Positions 42,224 through 51,202 of a DNA stretch of 64,000 nucleotides are shown piece after piece (the first letter of the stretch is position 1; each line of letters opens with the position of its first letter). The notes under the pieces are model-generated. The model made no database searches, was not told where the DNA came from, and worked only from the letters and a program-made list of their open reading frames with translations. A program made the position numbers and the translations under genes. Origin of the DNA: Candidatus Omnitrophota bacterium (lineage in GTDB: Bacteria > Omnitrophota > Gorgyraeia > Gygaellales > Profunditerraquicolaceae); the NCBI GenBank assembly GCA_030693145.1, contig JAUYBI010000045.1:4591-68590 (forward strand), written 5' to 3'.

Positions 42224-43206
42224 AAGGTGATTTAGCCGGGGTTGTTTCTGTGCAGGCCCTAGAAGAGGCGCGGATTAAATATCTGGGCAGAAAGGGCATG
42301 ATCGCAGAGTTGACCAGCTCTATCCCCGGACTAGCCGCTGAGCAAAGGGGGATCTTTGGTCAACAGGTCAATGCTTTAAAAAATAAATTACTGGGATTGT
42401 TTGAAGAAAAAGAAAAAACCTTAAAAACTCAAAGTAGTGTTTTAAAGAAGAGCAATTTAGATGTAGGGATGCCGGGAATTGTTCAGGAGCTCGGGCATAT
42501 CCATCCGATTACTCAGATTATTGATGAAATCTGCACCGTGTTTAATCGTATGGGTTTTTCAGTAGTCCAGGGCCCGGAGGTGGAAACAGAATACAATAAT
42601 TTCACCGGTTTAAATATTCCATTAGAACATCCTTCGCGCGATGCCTTCGATACCTTTTATTTAAAAGATTATTCTAAGCTGCTCTTGCGCAGCCACACCT
42701 CTCCGGTGCAGGTGCGCGTCATGAAAACACAAAAGCCCCCTTTGGCCATGGTGGTGCCGGGAAGGGTGTATCGTCCGGACGCGGTGGACGCCAGCCATCT
42801 TTTTATGTTCCACCAGATTGAAGGTTTTTTAGTCGATGAAAATATCAGGTTTTCCGATTTAAAGGGGATTCTGGAACTGTTTGCCAAGAATGTTTTTGGG
42901 CGGGATATCAGCATGCGTTTCCGGCCGCATTTTTTCCCTTTTACTGAACCTTCCGTGGAAGTGGATATCTCTTGTATTATTTGTAAAGGCCGGGGATGCT
43001 CGGTTTGCGGCAGGAAAGGCTGGCTGGAGATCCTGGGTGCGGGTATGATCCACCCGAATGTTTTTAAACAGGTGGGGTATGCTCCAGGCATTTACACGGG
43101 TTTTGCTTTTGGCATGGGGGTAGAGAGAATCACGATGTTAAAATACGGAATCAACGATATTCGTTTATTTTTTGAGAATGATTTAAGATTTTTGAGGCAA
43201 TTTTAG
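42193..43206 (+). CDS. pheS: Phenylalanine--tRNA ligase alpha subunit
   Basis: A 337-aa class II core with motif 2/3 (FRPHFFPFTEPS). Confidence 0.93.
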   Translation: MDINSIQTQIEGDLAGVVSVQALEEARIKYLGRKGMIAELTSSIPGLAAEQRGIFGQQVNALKNKLLGLFEEKEKTLKTQSSVLKKSNLDVGMPGIVQELGHIHPITQIIDEICTVFNRMGFSVVQGPEVETEYNNFTGLNIPLEHPSRDAFDTFYLKDYSKLLLRSHTSPVQVRVMKTQKPPLAMVVPGRVYRPDAVDASHLFMFHQIEGFLVDENIRFSDLKGILELFAKNVFGRDISMRFRPHFFPFTEPSVEVDISCIICKGRGCSVCGRKGWLEILGAGMIHPNVFKQVGYAPGIYTGFAFGMGVERITMLKYGINDIRLFFENDLRFLRQF

Positions 43207-43209
43207 ACG

Positions 43210-45240
43210 ATGAAAGTTACCTATAGTTGGTTAAAAAAATTTGTAGACATAATAATTTCTCCTCAGGAATTGGCAGAGAAGCTGACCATGTCCGGGCTGG
43301 AGGTAGTTTCCTTGGAAAAGAGAGGAGAAAATTTTGTTTTGGAGATTGAGATAACCTCGAATCGGCCCGATTGGTTAAGTGTCCTGGGAATTGCCCGGGA
43401 AGTAAGCGCAATTACCGGATCAAAACTTAAAACCATCAATTTTCAAGAACCGAAGATAAAACGCAAAAATCTTCGGCCGCTAAAAATTTCGGTAGCCAAT
43501 AAACAAGACTGTTCATTTTATAGCGCCCGGATAATTTCTGATGTTCGGGTCAGCCCGTCTCCAGAGTGGCTTAAAGACAGGCTGGAGTCTTTAGGCTGCC
43601 GGAGTGTCAATAATATCGTGGATATCACTAACTATTGTTTATTTGAGTTAGGCCAACCGCTGCATGCCTTTGATTTAGATAAATTGAGTCAAAATGAAAT
43701 TAGAGTGCGCCGGGCTAATGCGAATGAAAAGATTATTACTATTGATGGGGCAACCAAGTTATTGGGCCCGGAAATTTTAGTTATTGCCGACGCCCATCAT
43801 CCGATAGCCATCGCCGGGATTATGGGAGGCAAAGAAACCGAAGTTACGTTTAAGACGCGTAACATATTACTGGAATCAGCGGTATTTAATCCCCTGCTCG
43901 TGCGGCTGGCCAAACAGAGATTAGGGTTGCAATCCGAATCAGCCTATCGATTTGAAAGAGGAGTAGATTCAGAAGCGGTCAGGAACGCTTCTTTGGCAGC
44001 GCAGGAATTAATTTTAAAATTAGCTTCAGGCACTCCTTCCGGGTTCAGGAGACTGGGCGTGTCTAAAGTAACTCACCCCGTGATTAATCTGGATGTCGCT
44101 TATTTAAATAAACTTTTGGGTACAGCCATTCCCGTTTTTAAGGTTAAACAAATTTTAAACAGGTTAGGCTTTCATCTAAAAACTAAAAGCAGAAATATTC
44201 TCGCCGTTAAAGTGCCTGGTTTCCGTCAGGATTTAAAGCTGCCGGTAGATTTGGTGGAGGAGGTTGCGCGTATCTATGGTTATGCTCAAATCTCCCCAAC
44301 CCTTCCGGCGGTAAAGCCGGGCCGAAAAGTTTTAGATAAAAGAGATGTCATTGGCAATATAAAAAATATCTTATGGGGTTTAGGTTTAGATGAGGTAATT
44401 ACCTATAGTTTGGTGGATCGTGGCCTGCTTAATAAATCCGGGATTAATACCGATGCGGGGTTAATTGAAATTTTGAATCCTTTAAGCAAGGAGCAGGAGG
44501 TTTTACGTCCCGCGCTTTACCCCAGCCTTATTCGCGCTCTGGCCTATAATTTAGATCAGCAGCAGGAACGGGTAAGTATTTTTGAGGTCGCCAATGTTTT
44601 TTCCGGACGCCTAAATGCTGTCGCAGAAGACTCTTTACTGGGCATAGCTTTATGCGGGGACAGTGCCTTTTTTACCAAGCAGGGACTGGTTAGAGAAGAG
44701 ATTACTCTGCTGCATTTAAAAGGTATTTTAGAGACCCTGTTGAATCGACTTGGGGTTAAGGGTTTTGATTTCCTCCGCCAAGAAGATAATAAAATAAATA
44801 TTATCATTAATCAAAAGCAGGTGGGTTTTATGCTGGATTTAGCTCCGCAAACCTTAGGCGCTTTTGATATTAAGAACCGGCAAGTTGTCCTGGCCCAGGT
44901 TAATTTAGAGCAATTATCCGGCAGTATAAATTTAGAGAAAAAGTTTTTGAATATTCCTAAATATCCGGCAATTACCCGGAATATAAGTTTCGCGATTAAT
45001 GAGGATATCCCGGTGAAGGGGCTGTTGATGGCGGTAGAGGCAAAAGGTGCGCCGCTATTAGCTCAGGCCAAAATCGTAGATTATTATCAGGGTAAGCAAA
45101 TCCCAGTTGGGTTTAAGGGGTTAACCCTATCTTGCATCTACCGGGTGGATGACCGTACGTTGACTGAAGGGGAAATTGCTCCACTGCATCAGGACATTTG
45201 TTCTTTATTGGAAGAGCGCTTTGGCGTAAAACTGCGCTAA
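43210..45240 (+). CDS. pheT: Phenylalanine--tRNA ligase beta subunit (short form)
   Basis: The 676-aa protein has B3/B4 and B5 domains and an N-terminus MKVTYSWLKKFVDI. Confidence 0.9.
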   Translation: MKVTYSWLKKFVDIIISPQELAEKLTMSGLEVVSLEKRGENFVLEIEITSNRPDWLSVLGIAREVSAITGSKLKTINFQEPKIKRKNLRPLKISVANKQDCSFYSARIISDVRVSPSPEWLKDRLESLGCRSVNNIVDITNYCLFELGQPLHAFDLDKLSQNEIRVRRANANEKIITIDGATKLLGPEILVIADAHHPIAIAGIMGGKETEVTFKTRNILLESAVFNPLLVRLAKQRLGLQSESAYRFERGVDSEAVRNASLAAQELILKLASGTPSGFRRLGVSKVTHPVINLDVAYLNKLLGTAIPVFKVKQILNRLGFHLKTKSRNILAVKVPGFRQDLKLPVDLVEEVARIYGYAQISPTLPAVKPGRKVLDKRDVIGNIKNILWGLGLDEVITYSLVDRGLLNKSGINTDAGLIEILNPLSKEQEVLRPALYPSLIRALAYNLDQQQERVSIFEVANVFSGRLNAVAEDSLLGIALCGDSAFFTKQGLVREEITLLHLKGILETLLNRLGVKGFDFLRQEDNKINIIINQKQVGFMLDLAPQTLGAFDIKNRQVVLAQVNLEQLSGSINLEKKFLNIPKYPAITRNISFAINEDIPVKGLLMAVEAKGAPLLAQAKIVDYYQGKQIPVGFKGLTLSCIYRVDDRTLTEGEIAPLHQDICSLLEERFGVKLR

Positions 45241-45461
45241 GATTGATTCCGTTATAAATATGTGCTATACTTTTTTTGGAATCAAAGAGCTCTTTAAAGA
45301 TATCCCTGCGGTGCGCGTTGGAAATTTGATAATTGTTGAACCAACACCATATTCACGGGAGCCCCATTATTCTTTAGGCACTTGTGCCCAAAGATAGGGC
45401 ACCCATCTGAAACCAAATCGGTTCAGACTATCAGTCCAACGGCACTCTTGCGGGGATTTTT

Positions 45462-45513
45462 TTATCCGCCACAATACTTTGGCGGATAATCCGCCATGCT
45501 TTGTGGCGGATAA
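45462..45513. promoter_or_regulatory. Nested dyad-symmetry array of GGCGGATAA half-sites; a candidate operator
   Basis: TTATCCGCCACAA (45462-45474), TGGCGGATaATCCGCCA (45480-45496) and TTGTGGCGGATAA (45501-45513) together give four GGCGGATAA/TTATCCGCC half-sites in alternating orientation, 12 nt upstream of the rarA-remnant ATG. Confidence 0.45.
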
Positions 45514-45525
45514 CCCATCAATCGT

Positions 45526-45720
45526 ATGGACCTATTCACTCAAGAATCCCGGATTTCTGATAAAAACCTTCCTTTAGCAGTACGCCTGCGGCCAACCACG
45601 CTTGATCAGCTATTTGGCCAGGAGCATATCTTAGGTAAAAATAAATTACTACGCCGCGCCTCCTCTGCCCCGGGTAAAAAAACCTGTGGGGATATACGAG
45701 AAAAGGATAAGTTAAAATGA
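45526..45720 (+). pseudogene. Remnant of rarA/mgsA (recombination-associated AAA+ ATPase), N-terminal 45 aa only
   Basis: PLAVRLRPTTLDQLFGQEHILGKNKLLRRA aligns with the RarA N-terminus ([30 protein letters not shown]). The frame then degenerates (SSAPGKKTCGDIREK versus GPPGTGKTT) and stops at 64 aa. Confidence 0.55.
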
Positions 45721-46487
45721 TTTTCATTTTGCAAATATTAGTAGCCTTGGGCGCGGGTGTAGTTATCTATGCTGTTTTTGAGTTATTTGCATCCGGTAAG
45801 CCTGAAGCTCCGGCAAAGCAAAAAATCCAGGAACAGCCATTTCCTGCGGCAGATCCTGGTAAAGAGCAAAAAATTCAGCGTTTACAAAGCCAGGTCGCCA
45901 AGTTAGAAAACCAGTTAGAGGCGGCCAAGGTTGTCTCCGTAGGGAAAAAATCCGAATTCCTGGCAGTTAAAGAAAAAGAGGCGGAATTTTCTATAGAGTT
46001 AAAGCGTAGAGAAGAATGGGTGGCTAAAGCGGAGGTAGAGCTAGCCAAGATCAAAGCAGAAAATTTAGATTTAAATAATAAGTTTATTACTAAGGAAAAT
46101 GAGTTGCAGGGGGAGTTTACCAAAAATGTAAATTTAACCCGTCAGATGCAGGAAATAAAAGCCGCCTTGGAAGCAAAAGAGATGGCCTGCCGGCTTAAAG
46201 AAGATCAGTTGCAGGCGCAGAAACATCAAATCGCCAGCCAGTTTAAAAGCATTAATGAACATTTAGCGGTGATTGCCGAGTTTAATCGTAAAGAAAAAAT
46301 CAGCGAGTGGGTGCCCAAATTAGAGTTTAATAAATTAAATGAAGAGTACACAAAATTAGAGAAAGATTTAGAAGCCAGTCAAGAAAGATTAAAAAGTTTT
46401 GCCGTTGAGATTGCGCATTTGCGCCAAAAGGTTGATAAGAAAGCCCCGCTGGCAGAAGAGATTAAGGCTGTAGAAGAGCAAAAATAA
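45717..46487 (+). CDS. Hypothetical coiled-coil protein with an N-terminal TM helix
   Basis: The 256-aa protein has a hydrophobic N-terminus and then heptad-rich K/E/L/Q sequence. Confidence 0.4.
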   Translation: MIFILQILVALGAGVVIYAVFELFASGKPEAPAKQKIQEQPFPAADPGKEQKIQRLQSQVAKLENQLEAAKVVSVGKKSEFLAVKEKEAEFSIELKRREEWVAKAEVELAKIKAENLDLNNKFITKENELQGEFTKNVNLTRQMQEIKAALEAKEMACRLKEDQLQAQKHQIASQFKSINEHLAVIAEFNRKEKISEWVPKLEFNKLNEEYTKLEKDLEASQERLKSFAVEIAHLRQKVDKKAPLAEEIKAVEEQK

Positions 46488-46497
46488 AAGTTAATTA

Positions 46498-46527
46498 CAG
46501 TAGGGGAGGTTTAAACCTCCCCTACTG
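46498..46527. repeat. Palindromic hairpin element CAGTAGGGGAGGTTTAAACCTCCCCTACTG (family copy 5)
   Basis: A perfect palindrome 11 nt after the stop of the coiled-coil ORF. Confidence 0.9.
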
Positions 46528-46551
46528 TTAAAGTAAACAAGGTTTATTACA

Positions 46552-47130
46552 TTGTCAAAGAAAGGAAAAATAATGACTATGAAAATGAAAATATTTATGG
46601 CATTATTAGTATTCAGTTTAACCTTTTTTTACGGAGGGATTTTCGCGATGAATGAAACAATTGTGGTTCTAGAAACCAATCAAGGTAATATCGAGATTAA
46701 GCTGAAAGAAGATATTGCACCTCAGGCCTGTGAGAATTTTATCAAACTAATAGAGAAGGGTTATTACAATGGTTTGATTTTTCACCGGGTGATTAAGGGT
46801 TTTATGCTCCAGGGAGGAGACCCTGCGGGAACCGGAACAGGGGGTACGTCGATTTGGGGTAAGCCTTTTGAAGATGAAGTAACCCCGGTAGCTAAGTTTG
46901 ATGCCGCGGGTATTTTGGCGATGGCCAATAGCGGGCCGAATACCAATGGCAGCCAGTTTTTTATTACCTGCGCTAAAACACCTTGGTTAAATATGCGCCA
47001 CACTATTTTTGGCGAGGTTGTTTCTGGCTTAGAAGTAGTGCAAAAAATCGAAAATACTCCGGTGGATGCTGATGACCGGCCGGTTGTCCAACAGAAGATC
47101 AACCGAGCGTATATAAAACCTAACGCTTAA
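46552..47130 (+). CDS. Cyclophilin-type peptidyl-prolyl cis-trans isomerase, secreted
   Basis: The protein has a signal peptide followed by FHRVIKGFMLQGGDPAGTGTGG and SQFFIT motifs. Confidence 0.88.
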   Translation: MSKKGKIMTMKMKIFMALLVFSLTFFYGGIFAMNETIVVLETNQGNIEIKLKEDIAPQACENFIKLIEKGYYNGLIFHRVIKGFMLQGGDPAGTGTGGTSIWGKPFEDEVTPVAKFDAAGILAMANSGPNTNGSQFFITCAKTPWLNMRHTIFGEVVSGLEVVQKIENTPVDADDRPVVQQKINRAYIKPNA

Positions 47131-47160
47131 AATATCCCGACAAAAAGATATGAATCTCAA

Positions 47161-47190
47161 CAGTAGGGGAGGTTTAAACCTCCCCTACTG
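47161..47190. repeat. Palindromic hairpin element (family copy 6) with the conserved right flank TAATTGATAATTAATAAAA
   Basis: A perfect palindrome between the PPIase and uvrD. Its right flank is shared with the copies at 63526 and 3021. Confidence 0.9.
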
Positions 47191-47218
47191 TAATTGATAA
47201 TTAATAAAATAATTACTC

Positions 47219-49249
47219 ATGGAAAAAATAAATTATCGCCGGGAATTAAATCCCGCGCAGCTTAAAGCCGTAGAGTCTATCCACGGCCCGCATCTGGTTA
47301 TCGCCGGGGCCGGGAGTGGTAAGACGCGGGTTTTAGTGCATCGGGTTGCCTATCTGGTGGAACAAGGTATAGCTCCGGAGCAGATTCTCCTGCTTACTTT
47401 TACGCGTCGTTCAGCCGAGGAGATGCTGCGCCGGGCCAGCCTCCTGTTGGATGAGCGCTGCCGGAATGTTTCCGGAGGCACTTTTCATTCCTTTGCCAAT
47501 ATGATCTTAAGAAAATACGCCAAGCTTTTAGAGATTAACAATAACTTTACTATTCTTGATCAGGCGGATGCCGAGGATGTGGTAAATTTAATACGCACGC
47601 AGTTAAATTTTCATAAATCTAAAAAAACGTTTCCGCGTAAACATGCTATTTTAGAGGTAATCTCTAAAAGTGTGAATAAATCCGAAGAGATCTCCGGGGT
47701 GCTGCTGGATGAATATCCGCAGTTTATTGAATTTGCCGAAGAGATTAAAAAAATACGCGATGCCTATAACAAATATAAACGCCAAAAATCGCTCCTGGAT
47801 TATGATGACCTGTTAGTTTTTCTAAAAAATCTGCTCGCCAAGCATGAAGCTGTGCGCGCCAGCCTCGGCGCTAAATACAAATACATTATGGTTGATGAGT
47901 ATCAGGATACCAATAAGCTTCAGGCGCACATTGCCTGCCTGCTGGCCGCGGATCATGCCAACATCATGGTGGTGGGCGATGATGCCCAAAGCATCTATTC
48001 TTTTCGGGGGGCAAATTTTAAAAACATCATTGATTTTCCCAAGATATTTAAAGGCGCCAAGGTTATTACGCTGGAAGAGAATTACCGTTCTACTCAACCG
48101 ATCCTGAATTTGACGAATGCGGTTATCGCGCAAGCCAAAGAAAAATTCGAGAAGAATCTTTATACCCGGAAGAAGGGGGGAGACATCCCGGTTTTTATCG
48201 ATTGCCCGGATGAAAATTCGCAATCCGTTTTTGTGGCCGAAAAAATCCTGGAATTAAGAGAAGAGGGGGTAGTTTTAAAAGATATGGCCGTGCTTTTTCG
48301 TTCCGGATGGCACTCCAATGATTTAGAGGTGGAGTTAGCCGGCCGGAATATTCCTTTTGCCAAATACGGCGGGCAAAAATTTGTGGAAGCCGCGCACATC
48401 AAAGACCTGGTGAGCTATTTACGCATTGCCTACAATGTGCTTGATCAGGTCAGCTGGTTGCGCGCTCTGGAATTGATTCCCAGGATCGGCCCTAAAACCG
48501 CGGCTAAAATTATCGAGGCAATTCCAGATCAGGCCAAATTAGAGCAGTTGTGGCAGAAGAACGATGAACTTAAAGAACTGTTTGCATTATTGAAAAACAT
48601 AGACCTCAAGCGTGACAGCCCCGCGGAGATCATCGCCAGGTTCCTGGGTTATTATCAGCCATTATTAAAGATCAAATATGATGATTTTAACAAGCGTTTA
48701 AATGACCTGGATTCACTGTTAAGAATCGCCCAGCGCTATAAAACAACCGAGCAATTTTTAGTGGATATGGCTTTGGAACCTCCGGAAAGGATGCTGGTTG
48801 AGCCGGCCAGGCTAAATAAAGATGATACTCCGCTTACCCTCTCCACGATACATTCGGCCAAGGGGTTGGAATGGCATACGGTATTTTTAATCTATGTTGC
48901 CGAGGGGCACCTGCCTTCCTATTTATCTTTAGAGACAGAGGAAAAAATTGAAGAGGAGCGCCGCCTGTTTTATGTTGCCGCTACCCGGGCTAAAGTAAAT
49001 TTATTTTTATTAAAACCGCATATTGATCGTTCTCCCCGGAGTTTTATGGACGGTGGCGGCTCAGTGTTTACCCAGGTTTCCCGTTTCCTGGAGCAGGGTG
49101 GCTTGCTCGGGGAGTTTGTAGATGTACAGAGCGCCGGTATTCCGGATGAACTGGATGATTTAGAATTAGAAGATATTATTGGGGGAAAAAGAAATAAGAG
49201 TAAGGTATTTTTTGAAACCATGGAGGAGTATTTCCGGGATGAGAAATAG
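47219..49249 (+). CDS. UvrD/PcrA/Rep-family ATP-dependent DNA helicase
   Basis: The 676-aa protein has Walker A (GAGSGKT) and the full SF1 helicase motif I-VI set (TFTRRSAEEM, VDEYQDTN). Confidence 0.88.
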   Translation: MEKINYRRELNPAQLKAVESIHGPHLVIAGAGSGKTRVLVHRVAYLVEQGIAPEQILLLTFTRRSAEEMLRRASLLLDERCRNVSGGTFHSFANMILRKYAKLLEINNNFTILDQADAEDVVNLIRTQLNFHKSKKTFPRKHAILEVISKSVNKSEEISGVLLDEYPQFIEFAEEIKKIRDAYNKYKRQKSLLDYDDLLVFLKNLLAKHEAVRASLGAKYKYIMVDEYQDTNKLQAHIACLLAADHANIMVVGDDAQSIYSFRGANFKNIIDFPKIFKGAKVITLEENYRSTQPILNLTNAVIAQAKEKFEKNLYTRKKGGDIPVFIDCPDENSQSVFVAEKILELREEGVVLKDMAVLFRSGWHSNDLEVELAGRNIPFAKYGGQKFVEAAHIKDLVSYLRIAYNVLDQVSWLRALELIPRIGPKTAAKIIEAIPDQAKLEQLWQKNDELKELFALLKNIDLKRDSPAEIIARFLGYYQPLLKIKYDDFNKRLNDLDSLLRIAQRYKTTEQFLVDMALEPPERMLVEPARLNKDDTPLTLSTIHSAKGLEWHTVFLIYVAEGHLPSYLSLETEEKIEEERRLFYVAATRAKVNLFLLKPHIDRSPRSFMDGGGSVFTQVSRFLEQGGLLGEFVDVQSAGIPDELDDLELEDIIGGKRNKSKVFFETMEEYFRDEK

Positions 49250-49267
49250 TCAAACTAGGTAAAACTA

Positions 49268-49347
49268 GGGGACGGTTCTGTTTTTCTTTCAACAGTAGGA
49301 GAGGTTTAAACCTCTCCTACTCTAATGAAAAAAACAGAACCGTCCTC
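49268..49347. terminator. Composite hairpin: a 16-bp outer stem enclosing a variant palindromic element (family copy 7)
   Basis: The outer stem is GGACGGTTCTGTTTTT (49270-49285) paired with AAAAACAGAACCGTCC (49330-49345). The inner element is GTAGGAGAGGTTTAAACCTCTCCTAC (49295-49320), a compensated arm variant. A-runs and T-runs are internal to the stem. It lies directly after the uvrD stop. Confidence 0.6.
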
Positions 49348-49405
49348 TTGAAAACCTCTTCTTTTTACCTTGAGCTGGGAATAAAAGTATGTTAAAATTT
49401 CTAAT

Positions 49406-50056
49406 ATGATTATCAGCCAGCAAAAGCCCCTGGAGGATGTGTTACTCAGCCTTGCAGGGTATAACAAAATATTCTTAATGGGTTGTGGTGAGTGCGCAAC
49501 TGCTTGTAAGAGCGGGGGCCAGCCGGAGATTGCAAAAATACAACAGGCGCTGGAGGCGGCGGGTAAAGTGATTACCGGTTCATGCATTCCGTCTGCGCCT
49601 TGCGTAGCCGCGAAACTTAAAACGGAGCTAGCCAAAAATATAAAGGCTTTACGCCAATCAGAGGCAGCTTTGATTTTGGCCTGCGGTTTAGGGGTGCAGT
49701 CATTTAAAGATAATGACCGCCTGGATTTAGCGGTTTTGCCTGCTTGCGATACCCTATTTGGCGCGGTGATGGACGCGCAAGGTAATTTCTATGAAAAATG
49801 TTCTATGTGCGGAGAATGTGTTTTGGATGCTACCGCGGGGATCTGTCCGTTAACCCTTTGTCCTAAGAGCCTGCTTAATGGCCCTTGCGGCGGAGTGAGC
49901 CAAGGTAAATGTGAAGTAGACAACCAGAAGGATTGCGCCTGGATTTTAATCTATAAGGAATTAGATAAAAAGAAAAAATTAGCATCATTAAAAGAAATTC
50001 GCAAACCTAAAGATTTTAAGAAATCAGCCAGGCCGCATAAATTGATTATAACCTAA
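49406..50056 (+). CDS. Cysteine-rich MTHFR_C-like (MetV-like) protein
   Basis: The 216-aa protein has cysteine clusters GCGECATAC, CSMCGECV and CPLTLCPKSLLNGPCGG that resemble the methylene-THF reductase C-terminal domain family. The gene neighbours a folate gene (5-FCL). Confidence 0.4.
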   Translation: MIISQQKPLEDVLLSLAGYNKIFLMGCGECATACKSGGQPEIAKIQQALEAAGKVITGSCIPSAPCVAAKLKTELAKNIKALRQSEAALILACGLGVQSFKDNDRLDLAVLPACDTLFGAVMDAQGNFYEKCSMCGECVLDATAGICPLTLCPKSLLNGPCGGVSQGKCEVDNQKDCAWILIYKELDKKKKLASLKEIRKPKDFKKSARPHKLIIT

Positions 50057-50057
50057 T

Positions 50058-50495
50058 ATGGCAGAACAGTTTCCTTATAGCGAAAAAGTCATGGACCATT
50101 TTATGAATCCCCGCAATGTCGGGGAGATTCCCGACGCCAGTGGTATCGGCACGGTGGGTAATCCTGTTTGTGGGGATGTAATGAAGATGTATTTAAAAAT
50201 AGAAAATGAAATAATTGTAGATGCAAAATTTAAAACCTTTGGCTGTGGTGCTGCCGTCGCCACCAGTTCTATGGTCACGGAGATGGTTAAAGGGAAAAGT
50301 ATTTCCGAAGCATTAACAATTACTAACAAAACAGTAGCGCAAGCATTGGGAGGGCTGCCCGCGATTAAAATGCATTGTTCGGTTTTAGCGGAGGAGGCCT
50401 TGCGTTCCGCGTTAAAAGATTATTATAAAAAGCAGGGTAAAGAAACTCCATTTGAAGATAAGGGCCATACCCATGAAGGGGAGAGTTGTTTATAG
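50058..50495 (+). CDS. iscU: Fe-S cluster assembly scaffold IscU/NifU-like
   Basis: The 145-aa protein has conserved cysteines (GNPVCGDVMK, GCGAAVATSS, HCSVLAEEA). Confidence 0.88.
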   Translation: MAEQFPYSEKVMDHFMNPRNVGEIPDASGIGTVGNPVCGDVMKMYLKIENEIIVDAKFKTFGCGAAVATSSMVTEMVKGKSISEALTITNKTVAQALGGLPAIKMHCSVLAEEALRSALKDYYKKQGKETPFEDKGHTHEGESCL

Positions 50496-50600
50496 GCTGG
50501 TTATGTTGACCGGGCAGCTTTTTATATTAAAGAGAGTAAAAGTATTGATAGACTAAAGGATATGGATAAAGATGTGCATAAAATAAAAGGTGCGGGGTCA

Positions 50601-51164
50601 ATGGTGAGCAAAGTCGAACCATTGACAAAAGCTCAAATACGTAGTAAAATTCTTTTAAGATTAAAAACACAGAAGGAGGAAGACCGAAGCCGAAAAAGTA
50701 AGCTGATTACAGATAAACTTTTAAGGAATAAGGTTTTTAAAAAGGCCAAGATAGTGATGTTTTACATCGCTTTTGGTGGGGAAGTAGATACTGAAGAAAT
50801 GATTAGGGAAGCTAAAAAAATAGGCAAGCTTATATGCGTGCCAGTTTGCAGAAAAGATAAAGAGACTATGCAGCCAGCCATATTAGAAGATCACGCTAAA
50901 TTGAAAAAAGGCCCCTATGGTGTCTTAGAGCCTGTGGCGCTCACTCAGGTTAAACCAGAGGACCTGGATCTTATTATTGTTCCCGGCCTAGCTTTTGATA
51001 AAAAGGGTAATCGTCTGGGCCGCGGTAAAGGTTGCTACGATCGTTTCTTATGTACGCTTTCTGAAGACACACCTTCCATAGGTTTGGCTTTTGATTTCCA
51101 AATCTTACCCCTAGTCCCCACCACCTGCTATGATGTAAGCGTCAAGAAAATTATCTTTTCCTAG
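50601..51164 (+). CDS. 5-formyltetrahydrofolate cyclo-ligase
   Basis: The protein has the motifs LIIVPGLAFDKKGNRLGRGKGCYDRFL. The start is taken at 50601 with RBS AAAGGTGCGGGG. The track start at 50562 is an alternative. Confidence 0.8.
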   Translation: MVSKVEPLTKAQIRSKILLRLKTQKEEDRSRKSKLITDKLLRNKVFKKAKIVMFYIAFGGEVDTEEMIREAKKIGKLICVPVCRKDKETMQPAILEDHAKLKKGPYGVLEPVALTQVKPEDLDLIIVPGLAFDKKGNRLGRGKGCYDRFLCTLSEDTPSIGLAFDFQILPLVPTTCYDVSVKKIIFS

Positions 51165-51202
51165 AACTCCTAAAAAAGCTTAAAACTAAGTAAAGTAATG
51201 TT

